From NCBI GenBank assembly GCA_034226945.1, contig CP120454.1, positions 1 through 64,000 on the forward strand: DNA of 64,000 bases, written 5' to 3'. Positions 48,431 through 58,331 of the stretch are shown here, piece after piece. Each line of letters starts with the position of its first letter. The first letter of the stretch is position 1. The notes beneath the pieces were generated by a model. The model was not told the origin of the DNA. It did not search any database and worked only from the letters and a program-made list of their open reading frames with translations. The stretch is from Picochlorum sp. SENEW3 (Eukaryota). A program made the translations under genes and the position numbers.

Positions 48431-48772
48431 CAACTGTAACTGTCTACAACGTGGCCTCTGCGCAAGTGCGCCCGGGTGAGACTGCTGTGGTGACAATGAT
48501 CTCAGGAGAAGAGTTTGAAATCAACCAAGGAGCGATGTTTCTGGTGAATACGACACCAGCAGCAGCAGGTAGGAGGAGGCGTCAACTGATGCAGACATCG
48601 GAGGAGCAGGCACTGGCACCTGTTCTGGAAGCAGAGGCCGCAGCAAGTGTTGCAGCTTCACAAGCAGGCGATTGTTGATCAGGCAGTACAAAATTCGTTG
48701 GTGCCATTAGAAGTCGGTGCTGTTGCCAGTCTTGTTGCTTCGCAGGTGTTTGGGGTACTTACGTCGCATTAG
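48431..48772 (+). pseudogene. 5'-truncated paralog of the RRRL peptide-precursor family
   Basis: TVTVYNVASAQVRPGETAVVTMISGEEFEINQ..LVNTT...GRRRRQLM matches the gene at 49865-50689. The hydrophobic tail continues in another frame after 48678. Confidence 0.75.
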
Positions 48773-49864
48773 TGCCATGTTGATGTGGCCATTCTGAAGG
48801 AATGTGTTATAACTACGGAGAAGACGGTGGTGGTTTAGATACAGGGTTAGACCCGTGTAAGAATCTGTGGCCTCCACAGTTCTGTACAGAACGTACGTTG
48901 TATCACACTTGCTATGTACCTACTCCACCGCCCCGTATACATACCGTCCCGGTCTCGACATATGGTCACATTAAAATATCAAATTCGACACGAGTTTCGT
49001 AATACACTCGCCTACACCACAAGAAACCCCGCCAGTGAATTCGCCAGTGAAACCGCCCTATCGGATAGTGATTCCAAGGGCGGGTGATTTCGACCTCAAA
49101 ATTTTTTACGCCAACCCCTGTTAGTTTTGGCCTTCTTAGGACAAAATTTACCTTTTATCCACTACAAAGTGGGCAGTCTTTTAACACATCATCGGCTAGC
49201 TCTCGATCGAGTCGACCAAAGTTCAAAAAAAAATTCGAATTTCGAACCCACTCCCAACTAGGCTAGTTGGGTGAGTACTCGCTCTCTGCATCTTTTGTGC
49301 GGCAGCCTGCTTTCTGCTTGTATTGCAGCGTTACAATATTGAATATTTCATCCATTTGAAACATCTGATTTGGCCGTCGCTCGTACCATCCCTTTTAAGG
49401 GTCAAATTTGAGAGGTGCTTTTTGGAGTTGTATCAGACGGAGATTGGTGTAGACGGAGACTGAGTGTGGTGTGATATCAGTTTCCACAATGCAAAGTGAT
49501 AGTACTAGACATTATGAAGCGTAATTGATTGCTTTTTATACGGCGCACTCATTGGCCAACCCCCATCGCACGGCCCTACGTGGGGCCAGGCAAGTACAAA
49601 TCCCTCTGTCACCTTGGCAAATTGACCCAGCCTATTTATGTAAAAAATGAATGAATTACAAGGCCTAAATGTAAACTCTGTGAATATTCTGTACCAATAA
49701 CATTATTGTTGGAACTAGACAAATCTTTGACGCGGAGGACGTGGACCTGCTTTGGGGAGTTAGTTGGTTAGACAACACACATCACGAAGGGGCAAAAAGT
49801 TCGTGTGGCGGTAGACGTTCAGTGGTCGGACGCACTGATTTATATTTGCGTAGTATCTTTCGGA

Positions 49865-50689
49865 TCAATTGGACGTTGGAGTCGCTGTTTTGCTGGGTGG
49901 ACCAGGAGGTGGAGGACTGCTAGGCGTGGTAAGTTTTGATACAAGGGATCCAGCCTGATATCCCACAGTCGCAACACTTACCGCAGTCCCCACAGCGACG
50001 CCGCCTGCGACCGCGACGGCAATGCCCCCTGCCACAAGAGCAGCGCCTGCGAGCTGATATTTCTGTTCATCTGTAAGCATCAGGTGACGCCTCCTCCCTC
50101 CTTCTACTGTAGATGTGGTATTCACAAGAGACAACCCGTCTTGGTTGATTTCAAACTCCTCCCCTGATGTCGTGATCAACACGGCAGTCTCGCCCGGAAG
50201 CACTTGGGCAGACGCCACGTTGTACACAGTCACTGCCGTGTCCCCATCACTGGTGTTGGTCGTCACCGTCAGGTGTTCCACCCCCAACAAATCATCAAGA
50301 CTCGATATCTCATACAACATGCGACCATCTCTCTCCTTCACAACCGATCCAACGGCCAACGGCTGCCCAGTCGACCTGCTCACCATGATCCCATTGTCGT
50401 TGCCAACCACGCTGTCCAATTTCACCACCATGTAGATGGACCCGGCGAATGCGGCCAGGAGCACCACGAGCGCCACAAGGAGCTGCAGGACGATGGATCG
50501 GGTGAGCTTTCGGTCGTCCGCCGCACGCTTCTCGTCCACCAACAACCCAACCACGGCGTCCACCGTCACCTGGCCCTCGCTGCCCGCGGACTCCTGGAGG
50601 CGACGCCCCACGTCACGGGGCATGGTCCTGCACTGCAGTAGGTCATCCAGAGACACCTTGCCACCGTGTGGAAGATCAGTGTTCATCAT
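49865..50689 (-). CDS. Family gene A: type II membrane protein with an RRRHL site and a Gly/Ala-rich hydrophobic tail
   Basis: ORF with ATG ATG at 50689; paralogous along its length to 51104..51844. Confidence 0.8.
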   Translation of the reverse strand: MMNTDLPHGGKVSLDDLLQCRTMPRDVGRRLQESAGSEGQVTVDAVVGLLVDEKRAADDRKLTRSIVLQLLVALVVLLAAFAGSIYMVVKLDSVVGNDNGIMVSRSTGQPLAVGSVVKERDGRMLYEISSLDDLLGVEHLTVTTNTSDGDTAVTVYNVASAQVLPGETAVLITTSGEEFEINQDGLSLVNTTSTVEGGRRRHLMLTDEQKYQLAGAALVAGGIAVAVAGGVAVGTAVSVATVGYQAGSLVSKLTTPSSPPPPGPPSKTATPTSN

Positions 50690-51103
50690 ATTTTGCAGCA
50701 CGACAAATAACCGGGCGTTGGAGAGAAACTGGCAACACCGCGAGATGGGACGTCGAAGAGGAATACGCAGCGATACCTTATTGTTATGCCACGGACGGTG
50801 CACGCCCTAGATAAATGTTTATAAATGTATACCCGAACCGGATTGTTGTCACCGAAGAAGAATTTGGGAGTGCCTGGGTGGTAGACACCCCCATGGTTTG
50901 CAAAAGCAATTGCTTTCTCCAACCCCGCGGCCTGCGGAATCTGCATGCAGATTGGAATCTACAACGTTGGCGTCACAAACAAAACAATTGCCAACAACCC
51001 CTCTCATACTCACTTACATACAATCTCTTTCGCACCGCAAAGCAGAGTCGTGGTGTTTCTGTGAGGGCCAATCGACGAGGGGAGAAGAAGAAGAACACAC
51101 GGC

Positions 51104-51844
51104 ATGAGCAACGTAAAACAGGCGGACGTAGTGAGCCACGTGGCCCTGGCAGACGTGTTGGAGTGCAGGACGCTGCCTCGGTCTGTGGCCGCGAACCTGG
51201 AAAAGGTCGCCGGCCGCGACGGCCAGGTGTCTGTGGACGCCCTGGTGGACATGGTGGTGACGGACCACGAGTCCGGAGGGAACCGCAAGGTTCTGCGCCG
51301 TTCGGTCCTGGGCATTACGATTGCCATGGTGTGCCTGTCTGCGGTGGTGTGCGGGCTTGTGTTTGGCTCGGTCCACCTGACCACCCAGATGCAGGTGCAG
51401 GACGGGGTGCTGTACGCTCGCGACAGCGCTGACACTGTGATGCATTCGGGGACGACGGTGGCTGCGTTCAGTCCTTCGGATCTGCAAAACGCAAGTCTCG
51501 CCCAGCTCCAATCTTTGGACACGCTGATGTACGAAAGCGAGGATGGGACCCTGGGTAAGTACAAGACATCCTCGGTCAGTGTTGCTCCCGATGGAAGCAT
51601 TTCTGTCGTGACCCTGTCTGGGGATGAATTTTTTATCACACCCGACAATATCAGTTCGGTTGACGACGATTCCGAGGTCGGAAGGCGCAGGCTGCAGGTG
51701 GTAGGGACTACTGCTGCCATAGCCCTTGGGGTTGTGTTTGTGGGGGCGTCCGTGTACGGCTATTCTGGAGGGGACGCTGCAGGTCTTGCCAAAGCAGAGG
51801 CCATCGGTCAGGGGGCGGCTTCTGCCGCCGCAGCACTGGGATAA
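51104..51844 (+). CDS. Family gene B1: type II membrane protein with an RRRL site and a hydrophobic tail
   Basis: 246 aa; TM SVLGITIAMVCLSAVVCGLVFGSV; GRRRLQ|VVGTTAAIALGVVFVG. Confidence 0.82.
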   Translation: MSNVKQADVVSHVALADVLECRTLPRSVAANLEKVAGRDGQVSVDALVDMVVTDHESGGNRKVLRRSVLGITIAMVCLSAVVCGLVFGSVHLTTQMQVQDGVLYARDSADTVMHSGTTVAAFSPSDLQNASLAQLQSLDTLMYESEDGTLGKYKTSSVSVAPDGSISVVTLSGDEFFITPDNISSVDDDSEVGRRRLQVVGTTAAIALGVVFVGASVYGYSGGDAAGLAKAEAIGQGAASAAAALG

Positions 51845-53167
51845 TTTTTATATACACAATAAATGCTCAAAGCCGCCATCGTGCCTTCGTCAACTAACGA
51901 GGTATAGGTCTCCAAGCGCGCTTGCCACGAAGCACAACACTCAGATAGTTTCTGGACGGGAAAGTTGCATGGCTATGGGTATGGTCTTTTGTGCATCGCT
52001 CCTCGCAGCGCTGCTGTCTTTAATGTATCGGTCCAAACACCTCTTCATCCGCAAGAGAATCTTCCTGAACAGACCCCAGGGGCCAATTGTGCATAACAGT
52101 GCGTCCGACCACTGTTATGTATGTCTACTGCCGCAAGAACTTTTTGCCTCCTGGTGTTGCCACACCCCAAAGGAGGTGCACGCATCATCATGGTTTTCCC
52201 ACGTCTTTCGCGTCAAAGATTTGTGTAATACAGGATATTTTATCCAGAGTTTGGATCCAGAATATCCATGTAGAACATGGATGTAACACACCAATTCTAT
52301 ATGAGCGAATGTAACGAGACGTGGCTGTTTTTTCTGCATACTAGCAAATAAAGACACGTGATGACATAGTATTTCGATATTTTTGTACCATTTGTGTATA
52401 TTGGTGGCATGCAAAGCATCATGTCGTCACTAAGCACCAACATTCTGTTTGGCATTTTCACTAGCTGCAGCCACTGTGCAGCCACGTGAATCTTCAATAT
52501 CTCGCCAGATTCTATAGGTTCTAAGAAATGCGTAGATTGTACCCTATTGTCTGTGAATACCTTTAATGTGCACATACATAAATGCATGCATGGACCAGTG
52601 ATGTTCACCTAAAAACCCCTGAAATAAAGACCGAAACAATTAAGATTCACCCGTGATTCTGTCAGAATCAAACCCGAGCCGATCAGAGAGTCGTGGACAG
52701 ATTCCGTGTGCCACCTGCCATACCGGCATTGTGCAACGAACGCCCGTGGCCGTCACGCCGTTTCACAGCATGAGAACGTTTAAACCACGGGAACTGTAAA
52801 ATAAAACTTCCCCATCTTGGTGTGGTGATCATGCACGTGTTCATGCAACGTTGTCGTCTGATGAGACAAACGTGGACACATGTTTTACACAGCTTTGATT
52901 CAAAAGCAAAATAAAGATTGTAAACGAAAGAATTTGACGTGACGTGACCCGTGGGTGAGACTGCAGCCATGCGACTTTCCCCAGATTTCCTCCAGATCTG
53001 AGTGTTGTGCTTCGTGGCAAGCTTGCCGAAGGCCTTCGTGAACTAACTAGGTATAGGTCTCCAAGCGCGCTTATAAGCTTAAGCTTAAGCGCGTGCGCAC
53101 GATGGCGGCTTTGAGCATTTATTTGCTAGTACAGTCGGATACTGTGTTCCGACCGTATCTATCAGAA

Positions 53168-53905
53168 TTATCCAGCTGCCGTAGCATTACCTACTATAGC
53201 GCCGATGGTCTCTGCTTTGGCAAGACCTGCAGCGTCCCCTCCAGAATAGCCGTACACGGACGCCCCTACAAACACAACCCCAAGGGCTATGGCAGCAGTA
53301 GTCCCTACCACCTGCAGCCTGCGCCTTCCGACCTCGGAATCGTCGTCAACCGAACTGATATTGTCGGGTGTGATAAAAAATTCATCCCCAGACAGGGTCA
53401 CGACAGAAATGCTTCCATCGGGAGCAACACTGACCGAGGATGTCTTGTACTTGCCCAGGGTCCCATCCTCGCTTTCGTACATCAGCGTGTCCAAAGATTG
53501 GAGCTGGGCGAGACTTGCGTTTTGCAGATCCGAAGGACTGAACGCAGCCACCGTCGTCCCCGAATGCATCACAGTGTCAGCGCTGTCGCGAGCGTACAGC
53601 ACCCCGTCCTGCACCTGCATCTGGGTGGTCAGGTGGACCGAGCCAAACACAAGCCCGCACACCACCGCAGACAGGCACACCATGGCAATCGTAATGCCCA
53701 GGACCGAACGGCGCAGAACCTTGCGGTTCCCTCCGGACTCGTGGTCCGTCACCACCATGTCCACCAGGGCGTCCACAGACACCTGGCCGTCGCGGCCGGC
53801 GACCTTTTCCAGGTTCGCGGCCACAGACCGAGGCAGCGTCCTGCACTCCAACACGTCTGCCAGGGCCACGTGGCTCACTACGTCCGCCTGTTTTACGTTG
53901 CTCAT
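53168..53905 (-). CDS. Family gene B2: inverted near-identical copy of B1
   Basis: Protein identical to B1 except for the last ~13 aa. Confidence 0.82.
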   Translation of the reverse strand: MSNVKQADVVSHVALADVLECRTLPRSVAANLEKVAGRDGQVSVDALVDMVVTDHESGGNRKVLRRSVLGITIAMVCLSAVVCGLVFGSVHLTTQMQVQDGVLYARDSADTVMHSGTTVAAFSPSDLQNASLAQLQSLDTLMYESEDGTLGKYKTSSVSVAPDGSISVVTLSGDEFFITPDNISSVDDDSEVGRRRLQVVGTTAAIALGVVFVGASVYGYSGGDAAGLAKAETIGAIVGNATAAG

Positions 53906-56086
53906 GCCGTGTGTTCTTCTTCTTCTCCCCTCGTCGATTGGCCCTCACAGAAACACCACGACTCTGCTTTGCGGTGCGAAAGAGATTGTATGTAAGTGAG
54001 TATGAGAGGGGTTGTTGGCAATTGTTTTGTTTGTGACGCCAACGTTGTAGATTCCAACCTGCGCAGATTCCGCAGGCCGCGGGGTTGGAGAAAGCTTAAG
54101 CTTAATCTTAAGCTTGCGCCCACACAACCATGGGGCCGTCTGTTACGTCTTAAATCATCTAAACTAGTCCCGAAGTCTCGTGATACCCCTTTGGAGCCGG
54201 TTCCCGACCGGCCAATGGGACTGATGATGATACATGGAAAGGGTATACTGATTGACCATTAATCGAGATACAGGCAAAAATAAGGGACATTAGCCTGCCC
54301 ATGACTGACGTCTGACATTTACATGTCCTCGTGCTCTTCAAAGATCGCGTTCAACGGACGATCTACCCCAGGATCATAATCAGAGAGGAGGTAATCTCCG
54401 GAGATGGATCCATTCTGCAAGTGTGTCCTCCTGGTGGCACGTCTTCTGGCTTTTTGAGTTTCAACAGGAGTATGTTGGATTTGATTCTCTGTCGTCATTG
54501 ACTCTGCACCTCTTCGTATCCGTCGTTCGGTCCTGTAGTTCACGGTAAAGTCTCCATCCTCCTCTCGTTTGGAGATGCACATGTCCAGTCTTACAATATC
54601 AAACACCGTTACGAAAAGGTTACATCTTTTTACATAAACATTCCAAGTATCAAACATGTATTCCAGTCAATGTATCGTCTTTCTATGAAGTGTCATCTGG
54701 TCAACTCAGCACATCATAGTAGCACGTTGACTCTTCTTGTCACCAGGTGGTGTGTCGGTGTTCCACCTGGTCAACCCTTGAGGTCAAGGTCGACTATCGG
54801 GAAAATTCGTCACACATTAATGTGACAATAATATTATTCGGTGCTCAGGTATTTTTAAAATCCTATTACTTGCGTCAACCGTTGAACGAGCATTGTCGTT
54901 CTAGAAAGTATCCATCGAAAATCGTCCAAATCACCGCATTTCCACCTTCCGCCTGTCCTCAGGAGGTGAGTTTTGGACCATTCGACACAGAACGGGCTTC
55001 TTAGTCGAAGTAGGCCCTCGGCGGGATTAGGCAGGCACAGGCCCGGCAGGCGGCGATTTAGGCCACAGTTCTTATTCGGGATATAGGAGTCCCCCTCCAG
55101 TCATCATTGGCGAAAGAGGGAAAAAAAAGAAAGACCTAGACAAACAGATGAAGAGGCAAAATAGATCTACGCTATTGATTCATCTCGAGATACGACTCCA
55201 CCTGTAACCCGCTAATACAGGGAGGAGACCAGTGTCAGAGTAACTCTAGCAGGTAAAAACTGTCATAAGCGACCTTGATCCAGGGTACCATAAAAACACA
55301 AGTTTCCAGCGAGAAGTAGCTATCCAATACAAGACTGAGGTATAAGGCAACCGAAATAGGGGAAGAGAAGCTAGTACAAGAGGGAAAAGAACTGCATTAG
55401 GCACACACTACCTGGCAAGTTCCCAGCGGAATGATGTATGACGAAAGGTCAATCCCCACTGGCAGCCCATGCGTGGGCCATATGGTCCTCTTGGGCCATC
55501 ATTCTTATTCCGCTGGCAGGATGGCGGCTGTGTTCTCAACTTAAAAAAGGATGCCACTGGTGTTCATCTCTCATCCCAATCCTGCTCACTGAGTTCTCTC
55601 CTCATCCATCACAAGGCTCACACACTGTTGATTCTGATGGTAGACTGTTTTCAGTCACACTGGTGGTTTGATTGACTGCACCAAGTCACATAGCTCTGTT
55701 GCTCAACAGCCACTGCAATTAGTGTGGGTTACAGCACCAGCCTGCAGGCTCCCAGCTGGGAGTCCTCCCATCAGGTCCCCCCGTCTAATTTATTATTTAT
55801 TACTAGGGAACCTTCTCTATTATAGTAGGTACCAGGAACCAATTGATTGCAATCGATTGGATCCAATCTTCCTTTCCGGAAGGTATTCCGTAGAGATTAA
55901 TCTCTAAACACTCTCGCATGCCAGACCCACACAAGTTGTGTGTGACACAACTTGATGATCAAATCATGATTGTGCCGGCTGTGCCTCTTGTTGAGCACTG
56001 ATCTGCTTATCATGTACTTTTATTTTTATAATTTTAATCAAATTCAGTGTACTTGTGAGCGTACCGCACGAGCGCGATCAATACTG

Positions 56087-56421
56087 ATGGACGACGCAAC
56101 AGAAGCTCTCAAGGAGTTTGCTAAAAACAGTGCCAGGTACGATTACTTGAAAAATCCGGTACATAAATAGAAATCGCAGATCGGGAACGGATGCAGGGCG
56201 TGGTTGTCTTGACGTGTGCGCCCCCAAACTACTTGACCTGACGTTTCACCGGAATTCTTTGTCGCAGATTAGTGAAGCGATGTGAAAAGCCTGATAAGAA
56301 GGAATTTTTGAAAGTAGCTCGCTTGACAGCCGTTGGATTCCTTGCGGTGGGATTTTTGGGATTCTTTGTCAAACTCATCTTCATCCCAATCAATCAGATC
56401 ATCGTCACGAGCCAATCATAG
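56087..56421 (+). CDS. SEC61G: Protein translocase Sec61 gamma subunit; exons 56087-56136, 56268-56421
   Basis: Spliced product [67 protein letters not shown]. Confidence 0.95.
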
Positions 56422-56491
56422 ATCATCGCATGGTCTTTGGAAATAACACAAATATCTCAACATAATATGTATATGGTAATTGTAAGCGGAA

Positions 56492-57349
56492 TCATTGCTT
56501 TGAGGCCTGGGTTGTTTGGAGCCACACTGTGGCAGAAAGGACATTGGCAAGGCCATGTGCACACGCTGTCCACGCCAAAGATCCGGTGTACAGATATAGA
56601 TATCCATACGCACACCCTATTAGACTAGCCCACGCTGCGAAGGCAAGATTGCGGCCTCCATTGACGTGCAGGGCACCAAAAATGAGCCCTGCAATTGTGA
56701 CACCCCTCCAGTCTGGGTAGATGGCAGGCACAAGCGCCCATCTGAAGAGCGTCTCCTCTGCAAGGGCTGGTACGACTCCTACAGTGATGATATCACCCCA
56801 GTTGTTTCCCAAAGGAAGGAGTACCTGCCGATTTGCAACATCTGTAGCCTCTCGAAAGTCTGGCCACACTTTCAAAAGCAGAAATCTCGTTCCAGTCACA
56901 GCCCCTGCGAGGGAGCACGTGGCCAGGAGCCCAGTACCAGGCCCTACAGTACCCGTTACGATCGTGGATGCACTATGGAATGATTGGAACAGAGGCATAT
57001 CTGCCTGTGCAGCTGGAGCAAAGATGGGTGACACAGCATACAGAACAACCCCGCCCAAACCAATGATGGCTGACGTTGATATACATGCTGAGATGATCTG
57101 ATCCCTCTGGACCTCTCCTCCATCATCACCATCTGGTATTTGATCTGAGGAAGGCTTTGAAACCTTCAACTCCTCCTCCCTCTGGGAACTTCTTCTTCGT
57201 ACCTTTTGGGCACGGCGTGGGACACGTGTTTGTGAACAGACTCCCCCAATTTTTCTGAAACAAGTTTGATCATGAACATAGATCCCCTTCAGAGCCATCA
57301 CGCTGGCTGATGCGTCATCGGCTCTAGACCCACAATAGTAAACTCTCAT
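56492..57349 (-). CDS. CPBP/Abi (type II CAAX protease family) membrane protein, likely plastid
   Basis: AEETLFR, FGALH and HGLAN motifs; start may be the downstream MALKG. Confidence 0.88.
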   Translation of the reverse strand: MRVYYCGSRADDASASVMALKGIYVHDQTCFRKIGGVCSQTRVPRRAQKVRRRSSQREEELKVSKPSSDQIPDGDDGGEVQRDQIISACISTSAIIGLGGVVLYAVSPIFAPAAQADMPLFQSFHSASTIVTGTVGPGTGLLATCSLAGAVTGTRFLLLKVWPDFREATDVANRQVLLPLGNNWGDIITVGVVPALAEETLFRWALVPAIYPDWRGVTIAGLIFGALHVNGGRNLAFAAWASLIGCAYGYLYLYTGSLAWTACAHGLANVLSATVWLQTTQASKQ

Positions 57350-57502
57350 TCGAAGCGCTCACAGCGTCATCTGAAAGATGCCCTCATCTTCTTTATACAG
57401 AAAATTATTGTATTATTAGTACTATAAGAAAATGCCGCTTGTTTGGCAAACGCTTTTCAAGTACGGAATGAATTGGATTGCATTACAAAGATATCATAAA
57501 TT

Positions 57503-58042
57503 TTACACAAGCTCAATGGTTGCCATCTCCGCATTATCACCCCTGCGCTTCTGAATCTCCGTCGTAACTCTGCAATATCCTCCATTCCTCTCTGCGTAAC
57601 GCTCTGGGGCCTGCTCAAACAGACTCTGCACCAAGTCCTTGTCATACACAAATCCAAGAGCCTGGCGCCTGGCATGAAGAGATCCATCCTTTGCCAATGT
57701 AATCATTTTATCTACATGCTTTCTGATCGCCTTGGCTCTAGGCTTTGTTGTAGTGATTTTACCGTGTCTCAGCACCTCTGTCACCAGACCTCGAACCAAT
57801 GCTTTCCTCTGGTCTGCCGGTCTACCCAGGCGGGCCTTCTTCACTCCATGTCGCATGGCGAAAAGAGTGGCGCCATTCTGTGGGCCCTCCATAACTGAGC
57901 ATGAATCATTTGTTTCTACCAGAATCTGAGGCACATTGGTGGTGCGGCGCATGCCAGCAAACTGTGTGTGCTGAACTGGCCTCACAGTCGCCACAGACTG
58001 TGGGACCTTCACCGTCCTGAATGATGTCTTGACAAAGGACAT
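57503..58042 (-). CDS. RPL17: Plastid 50S ribosomal protein L17 (bL17c) with transit peptide
   Basis: [54 protein letters not shown]. Confidence 0.95.
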   Translation of the reverse strand: MSFVKTSFRTVKVPQSVATVRPVQHTQFAGMRRTTNVPQILVETNDSCSVMEGPQNGATLFAMRHGVKKARLGRPADQRKALVRGLVTEVLRHGKITTTKPRAKAIRKHVDKMITLAKDGSLHARRQALGFVYDKDLVQSLFEQAPERYAERNGGYCRVTTEIQKRRGDNAEMATIELV

Positions 58043-58331
58043 TGTTACTAGATCAAAATATAATGTGATATTGTGGGTCGACAATGGACCTTTGTATCCA
58101 GCAATCCGATGGAATGCATGGCGAGGTTGTAGGCTTGCAGGGTTGCAGGCGTGCGCATACGCGTTCGGTCAAATACATGCACCAACCGAATGTCTATTCG
58201 TGTCGGATGAACACGATCACCTCGCGACGACGAAGAATATGGCCACATTCTTTGATATATTTTATTGATGTAGCAGTATGAACTAGTTTCAGTGTAGCAC
58301 AGAAGGAAAACAAGCGCATCGGGGGGCTGGA

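Larger units (their letters stand above)
50912..54095. repeat. Large inverted repeat: arms ~50912-51808 and ~53201-54095, with patchy extension inward
   Basis: Reverse-complement identity over promoter and CDS; mirror ORFs in the track (51010..51720 and 53289..53999). Confidence 0.95.

Noticed and set aside
49960..51760. Viral fusion protein origin of the family (polybasic site followed by LAGAAL / IALGV, resembling paramyxovirus fusion peptides)
   Set aside because: Topology is type II with no heptad repeats or C-terminal anchor. The similarity is explained by composition and kept only as a functional analogy.
51010..53999. Antisense and alternative-frame ORFs over B1/B2 (51010..51720, 53093..53995, 53289..53999)
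   Set aside because: Shadows of GC3-rich coding sequence. Paralog conservation and synonymous changes support the B1/B2 frame.
54319..55907. Short ORFs in the right part of the island as genes or a LINE remnant
   Set aside because: No recognisable RT or endonuclease motifs, so nothing can be supported without a search.
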